In this document: positions 29,109 to 38,765 of the stretch, piece after piece | How the letters are laid out: each line of letters opens with the position of its first letter | How positions within the stretch are numbered: the first letter of the stretch is position 1 | Source of the DNA: Candidatus Latescibacterota bacterium | Lineage (GTDB): Bacteria > Latescibacterota > UBA2968 > UBA8231 | Direction: 5' to 3' | NCBI GenBank assembly: GCA_965203175.1 | Contig: OZ241867.1 | Span: 4,608,001 to 4,672,000, forward strand | DNA: 64,000 nt | Notes under the pieces: generated by a model | The model's database searches: none | Seen by the model: the letters and a program-made list of their open reading frames with translations, nothing else | What the model was told of the DNA's origin: nothing | Translations under genes and position numbers: made by a program

Positions 29109-29933
29109 TTACTCTTCCCCAAAATTCCACAACTTCAACACCGTCTTGCCCATCACCCACTCCAGATCCTCCGGCGCGATGAACTTCATCTCGTCGCGCA
29201 CCACCGTTAGGGGCTGGGAGTATTCGGCCAGCGACAGGCACACCGGCCAATCCGTGCCCCACATAATGCGCTGCGGCCCAAAGGTTTGATACACTTCCTC
29301 GACCATCCCGTGCGTATCGGCCCAGGGATAGCCTTGCTTGGACAGCGACCAAGTGTGGCTGATCTTGACGTACACGCGGGGGTAGCGGGCCATATCCATC
29401 AGCAATTGCCGCTCTTCTGGGTTGTCGGGATGGGCGCTGGCCATGTGGTCGATGCAGCAATCCACGTCCGGATAGCGGTCGAGAATCCGCGCCAAATCCG
29501 GCATCCGACTCGCTCCGGTCAGGATCAGCATCGGTATCCCCAAATCCTGGGCGCGTGCAAAAATCGGATCCATCCCCGGCCCCTTGAACCAATCGCCGCT
29601 TGCATCCCGCGACGGCGAGAGCCGCATCCCGTGCAGGCCGTGCTCCTCCGTCCACATCGACATGTGGTCGGGCGAGGCTGGGTCTTCGGGATTGATGCGT
29701 CCTACGGCCATGAAGCGGTCGGGATATTGCTTGATGACGTGGGCAACATAGCTGTTGTCCCAGCGGTAGTGGATGACCTGTACCAGCACGGTCTTTTCCA
29801 CCCCGTTGGCGTCCATCAGCGCCAGGAGTTCCTCGGCGGTGTGGTCTTCGGCGGGCGGATTGGGGTTTTCCGCTGGCCAAGGAAAGGCCGGATCGTTGAT
29901 CCATACGTGTACGTGAGGGTCGATAATGCGCAT
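29109..29933 (-). CDS. Amidohydrolase_2 family (sugar lactonase-like)
   Basis: IDPHVHVW, IDHM, WGTDWPV. Confidence 0.9.
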   Translation of the reverse strand: MRIIDPHVHVWINDPAFPWPAENPNPPAEDHTAEELLALMDANGVEKTVLVQVIHYRWDNSYVAHVIKQYPDRFMAVGRINPEDPASPDHMSMWTEEHGLHGMRLSPSRDASGDWFKGPGMDPIFARAQDLGIPMLILTGASRMPDLARILDRYPDVDCCIDHMASAHPDNPEERQLLMDMARYPRVYVKISHTWSLSKQGYPWADTHGMVEEVYQTFGPQRIMWGTDWPVCLSLAEYSQPLTVVRDEMKFIAPEDLEWVMGKTVLKLWNFGEE

Positions 29934-30076
29934 TGAGCATCCTTTCTGAAAAGTGTCGGCGATAACATGCGAAAAAGGGCCGCGCCCGTCCAGCGATGCA
30001 CCGCTTGCGAGGCCGCGTCCAGCCGCCTAGATTGACCGTCACCTTTCTTCACTCTATGGCCCACAGGAGACCTGTC

Positions 30077-31645
30077 TTGTTCGACTTGATCATTCGCAAC
30101 GGCACCATCATCGACGGCACCCGCGCCGACCGCTATCCCGCGGATATTGGCCTCCGCGCCGACCGCATTGCGGCCATCGGCGATCTCGGCGACACCGAAT
30201 CACAGCACAGCATCGACGCCCAAGGCAAAATCGTCGCCCCGGGCTTTGTCGATGTCCACAACCACTCCGACGGCTGGCTCTTGCAAAAGCCCAACTTCCT
30301 CCCCAAGACCCTCCAAGGCTTTACCACTGAAGTTCTCATGGCCGACGGCATCTCCTATGCCCCAGTTGACACCACCACTCGTGCCCACTGGCTCTACTAC
30401 ATGCGCTCCCTCAACGGCCTAATGCAAAGCCACTATTCAGGCTGGGAAAGCCTCGCCGATTACATGCAGCTACTCGATGGCCGCACCGCGCAAAACACCA
30501 TCACCCACCTCCCCTACGCCCACCTGCGGGCCATAGCCTGTGGCTGGGACCGCCGCGTCCCCGACGATGTGCAGATGGAAGAGATCCTCGCTGGAGTCGA
30601 GCGCGGCATGGCCGAAGGCGCGGTCGGCATGTCAACCGGACTCGATTACATCGCCGAATGCTTTGCCACCACCGACGAACTCGTCGAAGCCTGCACCGCC
30701 ATGGCGGCCCAACAGGGTCTCTACGCCACCCACGTGCGCTACAAAAAGGGCACTCTCGCTGGCGTGCAAGAGGCCGTCGAGATCGGACGGCGCGCCGGGG
30801 TTCCAGTCCACATCTCCCACTTCAAGGGCACCTCTCCCCAGCAGATCGACGAACTGCTATCGTACGTGGATCAAGTCGCAGTCAACGAGGTGGACTTCAG
30901 CTTCGATGTGTACCCGTATCTGCCCGGCTCGACCATGCTCAACTTCATGTTGCCCTATGAGGTGTGGGAGGACGGCCCATTGGGCGTCTTGCCCAAACTC
31001 AACGATCCCGTAATCCGCCGCCGCTTCGCCCGCGTCCTCGACCGCTACGCCAACCCCCTCAACCGGATGACCATTGCCTGGCTGCCCGGGCGGGACAACG
31101 CCCGCTTTATCGGCCGCACCTTAGACGAATACGTCCAACAGGCCGGTGCCCCCCCAACCGACGCGCTCTGCGATCTGCTGATCGAGGAAAATTTGGCGGT
31201 CCTCCTCGTCTTTCACCACGGCGACGACGCCTTGGTGCATCCCTTCTTGTCGCATGAAAAATACATGCTGGGCAGCGATGGGATTTACTTCCCCGACGGC
31301 GCGGTTCACCCGCGTTTATACGGATCGGCAGCCCGCTTGTTGGGGCCTTGCGTGCGCGACCACAAACTTTTCTCGCTCGAAGACGCGGTGTACAAGCTAA
31401 GCGCCCACCCGGCATCGCGGTTTGGACTAACACAACGGGGTCAAATTACCGAAGACTTCTACGCGGACTTAGTCGTCTTTGACGCAGCCACTGTTGCGGA
31501 CCGCGCCACCTACTCCGACCCCCACCAGTACTCGATCGGCGTCGAGCACGTCCTCGTCAACGGGGTTCCCATCGTCCGCAACGGATGCGCAGTCGAAGAC
31601 TTAGGGCCGATTTGGCCGGGCCGCTACCTGAAGTTCAAGGCCTGA
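30077..31645 (+). CDS. N-acyl-D-amino-acid deacylase family amidohydrolase
   Basis: APGFVDVHNHSD, HISH, GSDG, HPRLYG, ADLVVFD; TTG start after AGGAGA. Confidence 0.9.
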   Translation: MFDLIIRNGTIIDGTRADRYPADIGLRADRIAAIGDLGDTESQHSIDAQGKIVAPGFVDVHNHSDGWLLQKPNFLPKTLQGFTTEVLMADGISYAPVDTTTRAHWLYYMRSLNGLMQSHYSGWESLADYMQLLDGRTAQNTITHLPYAHLRAIACGWDRRVPDDVQMEEILAGVERGMAEGAVGMSTGLDYIAECFATTDELVEACTAMAAQQGLYATHVRYKKGTLAGVQEAVEIGRRAGVPVHISHFKGTSPQQIDELLSYVDQVAVNEVDFSFDVYPYLPGSTMLNFMLPYEVWEDGPLGVLPKLNDPVIRRRFARVLDRYANPLNRMTIAWLPGRDNARFIGRTLDEYVQQAGAPPTDALCDLLIEENLAVLLVFHHGDDALVHPFLSHEKYMLGSDGIYFPDGAVHPRLYGSAARLLGPCVRDHKLFSLEDAVYKLSAHPASRFGLTQRGQITEDFYADLVVFDAATVADRATYSDPHQYSIGVEHVLVNGVPIVRNGCAVEDLGPIWPGRYLKFKA

Positions 31646-32014
31646 TTAGTACTTGCTCATCTGCCCGCCGTTCCAACACTCGGCCGTCTCGCCTTTGGGG
31701 TTGAGGAGCGTAGCCGAGAGCTTGCCCAGCTTGACCCAGACCGTCTTACCAACGTAGATCCAGCACCAAGAGCAATGCTCTTTGGGGTCGAGCAACCAGA
31801 CGTCTCCGTCCGGCAACCGCACCAACAAGCCCCCCTCGGCAAAGCGGCGCATCAGGTGCGCCTCCACATAGCCCCCCTCGGCCAAAAGCTGCGCGGCTTT
31901 GGGCGAGGGTTCCGGGGATGTTGTAGCCGGCGCGGCGATCAGCGCACAGCCCCCGATTAACACGGCGCAGATGACCGCCCCATGCAGCTTATGTATTACA
32001 GCGAGTGCCGACAT
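31646..32014 (-). CDS. Exported hypothetical protein
   Basis: 122 aa, hydrophobic N-terminus, CSWC motif. Confidence 0.6.
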   Translation of the reverse strand: MSALAVIHKLHGAVICAVLIGGCALIAAPATTSPEPSPKAAQLLAEGGYVEAHLMRRFAEGGLLVRLPDGDVWLLDPKEHCSWCWIYVGKTVWVKLGKLSATLLNPKGETAECWNGGQMSKY

Positions 32015-32149
32015 CTTCTATCTTTGTTTAGGCTTGATGCTGTTTTCTTAGCCTCATTAAGTATTTAGTACTCTAGGGCCAGCAATGTATTTATACTGTA
32101 GTAGATTACGGAATAGAAATATTTTTGTTTTCTTCTCAGGTTAAGGAGA

Positions 32150-32533
32150 GTGAGTAATATGCGTTCTGGGATATTTACAAAATACAAGAATGCTCCTAAG
32201 TCTGAAGAAGCATTGGAGAGATGTAAGCGTTCAGTAGAAGATCATTTTTCTCTTTTAGAGATGAGAGTTCGTGTAATCGGTGCAGAAGATAGCAAAAATT
32301 GTGGAGAGGACTTCGTATGCCTATCAAGGGTGATAGAAAGAATGAAAGAGGAAATAGAGGAATTGAATAAATCGAAAGAAACACGCATGCGTCTGTGTAC
32401 GGACGCTTATAATAATTACAGAAAATGGTATCGTAGTACTTGGTGGACTGTTTGGAACTTGGTAAGGATTATGTTTGTGGTGTTGCCTCCCTCTCTATAC
32501 GCAATAGGGATATACGCAGGATGGTGGAGTTGA
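32150..32533 (+). CDS. AT-rich orphan protein with C-terminal hydrophobic tail (paralog 1)
   Basis: AAGGAG RBS, GTG start; ends PPSLYAIGIYAGWWS. Confidence 0.7.
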   Translation: MSNMRSGIFTKYKNAPKSEEALERCKRSVEDHFSLLEMRVRVIGAEDSKNCGEDFVCLSRVIERMKEEIEELNKSKETRMRLCTDAYNNYRKWYRSTWWTVWNLVRIMFVVLPPSLYAIGIYAGWWS

Positions 32534-32844
32534 GACAACCATGGCACTCACCGCAGAGTTAGCTAACATAAGAGACCGATATGAAGTAAAGCGGTTATAT
32601 ATACGTAGGAATGTGGTTGATAGGATGGGAGCCGCTCTACCTAACCACAAACTTATACGGGAAATATGCAAAGATGCTGAACAACAATTGTGTCGCCTTG
32701 CCGATGAGGAGTTCAGAGAACGGCATCGTTGCAGGATACGTTATATACCTTTGCTAAAAAAAATAAAAGAAAATGAACTTGTATCATTCAAATGGTTAGA
32801 GGTGTGTGTAGGAGCACCACAATCAGTGTTTTTTATAGGAAAGA

Positions 32845-33892
32845 TGTAAAATAAGCTCGATTTCGCCTGACAGTTTTGACATTTTTATTTTACCATCAGG
32901 AAGGAGTTGAGCATGACCCAAGAAGAGCGAGATATACGCCGTAAAATCAAGGTCTTAGAGCATGCCTGCTCAAGTGGCAATGTGTCCAAGACCTGCCGTT
33001 ACTTCGGGATCTCCAGAGAGACCTACTACTGCTGGCGAAGGCGCTACCAGCAGTACGGAGAAAAGGGCTAGTCAATCGGCGGCCAGGCCCTCGGAACCCG
33101 CCTTGGCGTACGGCCCCGGAGATCGAGAAAAAAGTCCTTCACCTGCGACGTACTTATCACTTCGGAGCTCAGCGCATTGCTTGGTTCCTACAACGGTATC
33201 ACGGGGTGGAAATCTCCGAAGGAGGTGTGCGCGGCACCCTCACTCGGCATGGACTCCAAAGGCTGCCGAGTAGCGTCAACAAACGCACGATCATGGCCAA
33301 ACAGGTCGTGAAGCGGTATCAAAAGCAAGTACCGGGGCACCACGTGCAGATCGACGTCAAGTTTCTCTCCTTCCCTGGCTCAATTAAGCGATACCAATAC
33401 ACCGCCGTCGATGACGCTACGCGCGTTCGAGCCTTAAAGATCTACCGGCGTCACACCCAGGCGAACGCGATCAAGTTTGTCGATTACATCCGGTCCCAGT
33501 TCCCGTTCCGGATTCGCATGATCCGCACCGACAACGGCCACGAATTTCAGGCCCAGTTCCATTGGCACCTGAAGGATCTGGGCATCGACCACGTATATAT
33601 CAAGCCGTACTCACCGCGGCTCAACGGCAAGGTGGAACGTTCCCATCGTACCGACGAGACCGAATTCTACCAACTGCTCGAATATAAGGGCGATGTCGAC
33701 CTCGAGACGCGTCTTTCCGAGTGGCATCAGTATTACAACCTGCACCGGCCTCACACCGCCCACGAGGGAAGAACGCCTTTTGAAGTCCTACATGAGAAAC
33801 TCAAAGGCCAAAATCATGGACCTTGAAGTGAGGTCAAACAACGACCTGAAATACCCACGTAATCTTTGTCAGGCGATCCTCGAATTGTTACA
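32845..33892 (+). mobile_element. IS481-family insertion sequence (1048 bp)
   Basis: TGT...ACA ends; imperfect IRs 32845-32872 and 33867-33892 sharing TGTAA and TCGCCTGACA; 5-bp direct repeat AAAGA at 32840-32844 and 33893-33897. Confidence 0.88.
32913..33826 (+). pseudogene. IS481 DDE transposase split by a -1 frameshift near 33062-33071
   Basis: HTH ORF MTQEERDIRRK...GEKG* (32913-33071) continues in -1 frame LVNRRPGP... to IDVK, TDNG, NGKVER. Confidence 0.85.
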
Positions 33893-33953
33893 AAAGATGG
33901 CAGGCTGGTGGTAGTTCTACCTCTCTGAGAGGGTGACGGTCACCTCCCAGCCG

Positions 33954-34505
33954 TTAGAATACTTCCGCAAGCGGCATCTTCCACCCAGGTACCACATCGC
34001 CGCCGTCGAGCATGTCTCCTTCGGCGAGAATACAAATATTGTCGGGAGCGCGGTACACCGTTGCGGTGCGTTGGTGGGGGTCAATCACAACGACCATCTG
34101 CGTACCCGCCCGCAGCCAGTCGGACACTTTTTCTTCTATCTCGCTGTAGCGATCATTTGGCGAAATGACTTCAACAGCGAGGTCGGGTGCGCCAGGGAAA
34201 AAACCTCGTTCTTCTGCGGTAGCCTCAGCGCATTCCCGCGATACAAAGCTGACGTCGGGCGCACGGACCGTATCGGGCGCAGTGTCGATGATGAAGCCGG
34301 TCTCGGCTGCATAGGTTTCGCCCAAGCCATTGTTTGCAACAAATGCTTCTAGACAGCTACCGATTTTTGCAGCAATGCGTCCATGCTGTCGGCCGGCAGG
34401 TGCCATCTGGCGCAATTCTCCTTGTACGAGTTCGCAGCGATAGCCATTGTGCGGCATCGCCAACAGCTCATCGGCAGTCATCTGGGCAACCGTTTGTGCG
34501 GCCAT
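33954..34505 (-). CDS. Uma2 family PD-(D/E)xK endonuclease-like protein
   Basis: ELVQGEL, RAPDVSF, APDLAVEVISP. Confidence 0.93.
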   Translation of the reverse strand: MAAQTVAQMTADELLAMPHNGYRCELVQGELRQMAPAGRQHGRIAAKIGSCLEAFVANNGLGETYAAETGFIIDTAPDTVRAPDVSFVSRECAEATAEERGFFPGAPDLAVEVISPNDRYSEIEEKVSDWLRAGTQMVVVIDPHQRTATVYRAPDNICILAEGDMLDGGDVVPGWKMPLAEVF

Positions 34506-34536
34506 AATAGAAGCTTTGCTATCGGAGTTAGATTTG

Positions 34537-34565
34537 ATACTAGCCTAACGCCCAACCCAAGTCAA
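34537..34565 (-). promoter_or_regulatory. sigma70-type promoter for Uma2
   Basis: TTGACT-17-TAGTAT on the minus strand. Confidence 0.55.
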
Positions 34566-34646
34566 CCTTTTTCGTTAGCGAAGCATCAGTCCCCTCAGTA
34601 CTCGCTTCGTGGAAAAGCTGCCCTAAAGCGGGTAATAAAATCCGCG

Positions 34647-35873
34647 CTACCCTCTTGGAATCCGCCAGTAGGTCAGAGCCCGCCAACTCCATTCCAACGG
34701 GCCGTAGCGGAAACGCCTCAGCAACAGCGGAGACCACCAGAGCAGGATGCCCCACACGGCAATGACAAGGATGACCTGTTGCCAACGGTCAACGCTCCCG
34801 AATAACCCAAATCCATGCCCAAAAAAAATAGTCGTGCAGATCAGCGTTTGCGCGATGTAATTGGTAAACGCCATCTGACCCGCAGCGGCCAAGCGCATCT
34901 GTAACGCAGAAAACCATCCGCGTCGAACCGCCAGCATAGTGAGGCCGACGTATCCAAATGCCATAGCAAGACTACCCCAATAGTTGAATTGCGAACCCAG
35001 AAACATCGAGCGATCCCAGCTCCATCCGACCGCAAAATTCCACCATGCACCCACAGTAACGACCGGCACGCCAACACCGAACCCAATGAGCGCGAGATAG
35101 CGATAGAATACATCGCTGCGGACCGCACTCAGGATGTGCAAGCGGTAGCAGGCCATGCCCATTAGCATGATGCCCGCAGATTGCCAGAGAAGTCTGATTG
35201 GCAGGGCCGTCGTATGCATTCCCAGCGTATCGGTGCTTCGCTGCGCCTGCTGTGTGAACCATCCGCCGCGGTAAGCGAGCAATTCCGCATCAATTTGGGC
35301 CGCGTCCGGTGCCCACACCGCTACGATTTCCGCCACGTCTTTATCGGGGATAAACTCTGTTGTCATGCCTATAGCGGTGTAGAGAACACTCGCCACTGAA
35401 AAGACAGCGAGGCCGATGACCACCAGCGTGCGTGGCGAGCGGTTCCGCAAAAAAAAGATGACCAAGCCGCAAAGCGCATACGTGACCAATATATCGCCCG
35501 ACCACAGGAAATAGGCATGTACAAGTCCGAAGAGGAGCAGCCAGAACATGCGCCGGTAGTGCAAGCCGGCGGAGCGACCACTGCGAGCTTCTACGCGATC
35601 CGCAAACAGGCAGATGCCCGCGCCAAAAAGAAGCGAGAACATCGACAAAAATTTCTGGTCAACAAACAGGTAGCTAACCAACCAGGTAAAAAAGTTGATA
35701 CCGCTGAGATCGCCGTATGCCGTGGGGTTAAAGTACGCGGCTGTAGGCATTGCAAACGCCTGGATGTTCATGACCAGTATACCAAGCACGGCGAAGCCGC
35801 GTAGCACATCCAAGCTCTCGATGCGATCCGATGCCTCAACTGGACTGTTTAGAGCGCATTCCCCGCCTCTCAT
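34647..35873 (-). CDS. DUF418 (YeiB-like) membrane protein
   Basis: RIESLDVLRGFAVLGI, FSLLFG, GQMAFTNY, GPLEW. Confidence 0.9.
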   Translation of the reverse strand: MRGGECALNSPVEASDRIESLDVLRGFAVLGILVMNIQAFAMPTAAYFNPTAYGDLSGINFFTWLVSYLFVDQKFLSMFSLLFGAGICLFADRVEARSGRSAGLHYRRMFWLLLFGLVHAYFLWSGDILVTYALCGLVIFFLRNRSPRTLVVIGLAVFSVASVLYTAIGMTTEFIPDKDVAEIVAVWAPDAAQIDAELLAYRGGWFTQQAQRSTDTLGMHTTALPIRLLWQSAGIMLMGMACYRLHILSAVRSDVFYRYLALIGFGVGVPVVTVGAWWNFAVGWSWDRSMFLGSQFNYWGSLAMAFGYVGLTMLAVRRGWFSALQMRLAAAGQMAFTNYIAQTLICTTIFFGHGFGLFGSVDRWQQVILVIAVWGILLWWSPLLLRRFRYGPLEWSWRALTYWRIPRG

Positions 35874-37057
35874 ATAATCCCCTCAGCCCGCAACGCCTCG
35901 ATCTCCTCTTCCGTCAGTCCCAAGACACCGCTTAAGACCTCCTCGGTGTGCTGCCCCAACAAGGGCGCTGGCCCGCGCAACTCGACCGGCGTCGCGGAAA
36001 AACGCAGCGGCGAGTTGGGCACTGTCTGCCGACCCGCGACCGGATGCTCCAGTTCGACGATCATATTCCGCGCGGCCACCTGCTCGTCGCCAAAAACCTG
36101 CCCTACATTGCACAACGGCCCACTCGGCACTCCGGCCTCAGCTAGTATAGAGCACCATTCATCAACGGTTTTCTCGGATAGCACCTTTTCCAACACCGGC
36201 TCCAATGCCGCGTGATTCTCGGTGCGGAGCGCATTACTGGCAAAGCGCGGATCGTCGGCCAACGCGCCAAGGCCCAAGGCGTCACAGAGCTGACGCCAGA
36301 GCCTATCATTGCCTGCGGCAATGACGATGTGCCCATCGCGGGCAGCGAAGAACTGGAAAGGAGTAATGGCCGGATGCCGCGACCCGAGCGGCCGAGGCAC
36401 TTCGCCGGATACGGCATAGCGGGCGAGGGCGTTTTCCAACAGCGCCACCTGACAGTCGAGCATGGAAATATCGACTTGCTGTCCCTCGCCAGTGCGCCGT
36501 GCCCGCTCCAAGGCCGCGAGGATGCCAATCGCCCCAAAGAGCGCCGCGCTCAAGTCGGCAATCGACGAGCCAACCCGCACCGGCGGCCCATCGGGCTGCC
36601 CGGTGATGCTGGCCAGCCCTCCCATCGCCTGAATGAGTACGTCGTACGCGGGCCGCTGCGCGTACGGGCCAGTCTGGCCAAAACCCGAAATCGACGCGTA
36701 CACCAAGCGCGGATACAGCGAGTGTAGGTCCGCGTATCCCAATCCAAAGCGATCCATGCTACCGGGACGAAAGTTCTCAATCAACACGTCGCACTCGCCA
36801 ACCAAACGCCGCGCCAAATCTTGGCCCTGCGCCTGCCGCAAGTCGATCGTCGCGCTCTTTTTGCCTCGGTTGACGCTGGCAAAGTACGCGCTCTCGCCGT
36901 TTTGAAACGGCCCGAATCCCCGTGCCTCATCGCCCGTGCCCGGCAGTTCGACCTTGATCACTTCCGCGCCCAAGTCGGCCAACACCATGGACGCATACGG
37001 CCCGGCCAACACCCGCGTCAAGTCGAGCACCCGCACGCCGTCCAATAAATGTTCCAT
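35870..37057 (-). CDS. Family III (CaiB/BaiF) CoA-transferase
   Basis: DLTRVLAGP, LADLGAEVIKVE, NRGKKS, ENFRPG. Confidence 0.94.
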   Translation of the reverse strand: MEHLLDGVRVLDLTRVLAGPYASMVLADLGAEVIKVELPGTGDEARGFGPFQNGESAYFASVNRGKKSATIDLRQAQGQDLARRLVGECDVLIENFRPGSMDRFGLGYADLHSLYPRLVYASISGFGQTGPYAQRPAYDVLIQAMGGLASITGQPDGPPVRVGSSIADLSAALFGAIGILAALERARRTGEGQQVDISMLDCQVALLENALARYAVSGEVPRPLGSRHPAITPFQFFAARDGHIVIAAGNDRLWRQLCDALGLGALADDPRFASNALRTENHAALEPVLEKVLSEKTVDEWCSILAEAGVPSGPLCNVGQVFGDEQVAARNMIVELEHPVAGRQTVPNSPLRFSATPVELRGPAPLLGQHTEEVLSGVLGLTEEEIEALRAEGII

Positions 37058-37058
37058 T

Positions 37059-38765
37059 TCAATCTCCTCGGGGCGCGGCGAGCAAACCGGCTCCTTCGCC
37101 GGGCACGGCCATCGCTAGCTCCGGCTCATGGCCCAGCTCCGTTCGCAACATCTCTGCAAACGCGGCACGGCGTTCCCCATCGACGAACGTACGGTGGACT
37201 AACCCACCGATGTTGCCGCCCCAACCAGCGCCCAGCCGCTGCACGGCCCCCGCCGTTGGTCCTTCGGCAGTGAGAAACCGATTGACCACCCGCACAGTCC
37301 GATCATAGGCCGGCGTCATCCGCCCGTAGCCCCCCGGCAAAAAGCGCAGTTGCGCTCGCTCCTCCCCGCGCTCGGCTCGCTCTACAAGCTGAGCCAAAAC
37401 TTCGTCTTCGACTTCTCGGTCCAGATCGCCGTCGTGCGAAATGCGGATCAATTCCAAGGCCGTGGCCATATCGCCCGCATCGAGGTATGAGAGCATACCA
37501 GCCACCCGGTCCTGCTCGGCCAAGCCATAGATGCAGCGCCGGCGAATAAACAACGGCGTGTCCTCGGACAGGAGTTGGAACTTGCCGGCGACCTCCCGCT
37601 GGCACATGGCGTCGAAATGCTCCCCGACTCCGGCTGCTTGCGCTTCGGCAGCTAACTCTGCCAAGCTGGTCTGCCGAGGCAACTGGCCCAAGACCCGGTA
37701 CAGCTCCGCAAGCGACAACCCGAGTGGCTCTGTCGCAATATCCCGGATATAACGGATGCGTTCGCACACGTCGCTGCTTTTACCTAGCTGCGGCAAAATC
37801 AACTCGCGGGCAATAAACGCGCCAAGCGGATAGGCTATGACCGTCTCTTCCTTGACGGCCTCGTCGTATTCGCGCTCGACGCCGCTGTCGAGTACTAAAG
37901 CTGCATACTCGTCGGGCAACGCAGCCTCTCCTTGCACGCGGGCCGGAAAGACGCCGACGCCGACCAGCTTGCCCGCCCGGCCCAAGATCATTCCTCCGTG
38001 GTCAGCTGTGCCGCCGCGAGTGCCGCGCATCCACTCCGAGGTGCCCAGCCCATCGACCAAGTCCGCTTCGGGCATATCGCACCGCGGGTCCAATCCGTGA
38101 ACCCCCATCGTCACCAGTGCCGTCGCCACCACCAGCGCCGAAGACGAGCTCATGCCTCCGCTGGGCGAGACACTGCTCCACACCAGCCCATCGAAACCGC
38201 CCAAGTCCAAGCGATCGCGGAAATAACTCTCCAAGTACACGAGCTGCCCCTCCACCAGCACCGACCAATCGCGGGCCAAGGCGCTACCCGTGTGCTCTAG
38301 GCGCTGGCGGCACACTTGACCTGCGTAGTCCATCAGCGCCTGCCGCTCGGCTACGCGGGTCTTCGGCAGAATAGTCTCCAAGTCTATTTCAATGGGCTTG
38401 AAGCGATCGGCGGGCGCACCTGGGCTGCGCAGGAAACTGGCGAGCCGCACCCGCCGGCTGGAGGCCGCCCGCGCCACGACCAACGTATCCGCGCCGCGCA
38501 CCCCCATCCGCACCGAGGGCATGCCTCCGTAGTCAATGTGCATACCCATGACGTTCATCTGTCCAGGACAGCGCGCCACGACCACGCAGCCCCCACTGCC
38601 GTAACGAGCGGCAAAATGCCGCAGGGCCTCCAAGTAATTGGCCCGCCAAGCCGTCACCTGCTCCCGCCCGTAGATCCGCTCGAACTCGCAGTCGAAGCGG
38701 CCCCGCTCAATGGCGTCCTGCCACTGGACTATACTAGCTGTATAGGGATTGTTAGAGCGCACCAT
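37059..38765 (-). CDS. GHMP kinase, divergent galactokinase-like
   Basis: PGQMNVMGMHIDY, PSGGMSSSSA, GAGWGG. Confidence 0.8.
   Translation of the reverse strand: MVRSNNPYTASIVQWQDAIERGRFDCEFERIYGREQVTAWRANYLEALRHFAARYGSGGCVVVARCPGQMNVMGMHIDYGGMPSVRMGVRGADTLVVARAASSRRVRLASFLRSPGAPADRFKPIEIDLETILPKTRVAERQALMDYAGQVCRQRLEHTGSALARDWSVLVEGQLVYLESYFRDRLDLGGFDGLVWSSVSPSGGMSSSSALVVATALVTMGVHGLDPRCDMPEADLVDGLGTSEWMRGTRGGTADHGGMILGRAGKLVGVGVFPARVQGEAALPDEYAALVLDSGVEREYDEAVKEETVIAYPLGAFIARELILPQLGKSSDVCERIRYIRDIATEPLGLSLAELYRVLGQLPRQTSLAELAAEAQAAGVGEHFDAMCQREVAGKFQLLSEDTPLFIRRRCIYGLAEQDRVAGMLSYLDAGDMATALELIRISHDGDLDREVEDEVLAQLVERAERGEERAQLRFLPGGYGRMTPAYDRTVRVVNRFLTAEGPTAGAVQRLGAGWGGNIGGLVHRTFVDGERRAAFAEMLRTELGHEPELAMAVPGEGAGLLAAPRGD

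Larger units (their letters stand above)
32541..33914 (+). pseudogene. AT-rich orphan paralog 2, interrupted near its 3' end by the IS
   Basis: ORF 32541-32849 stops inside the IS left end; removing the IS restores ...FFIGKMAGWW* (stop at 33914). Confidence 0.7.

Noticed and set aside
34596-34646. Possible orphan 3' gene end (ADFITRFRAAFPRSEY*) after DUF418
   Set aside because: Too short to support without a search.
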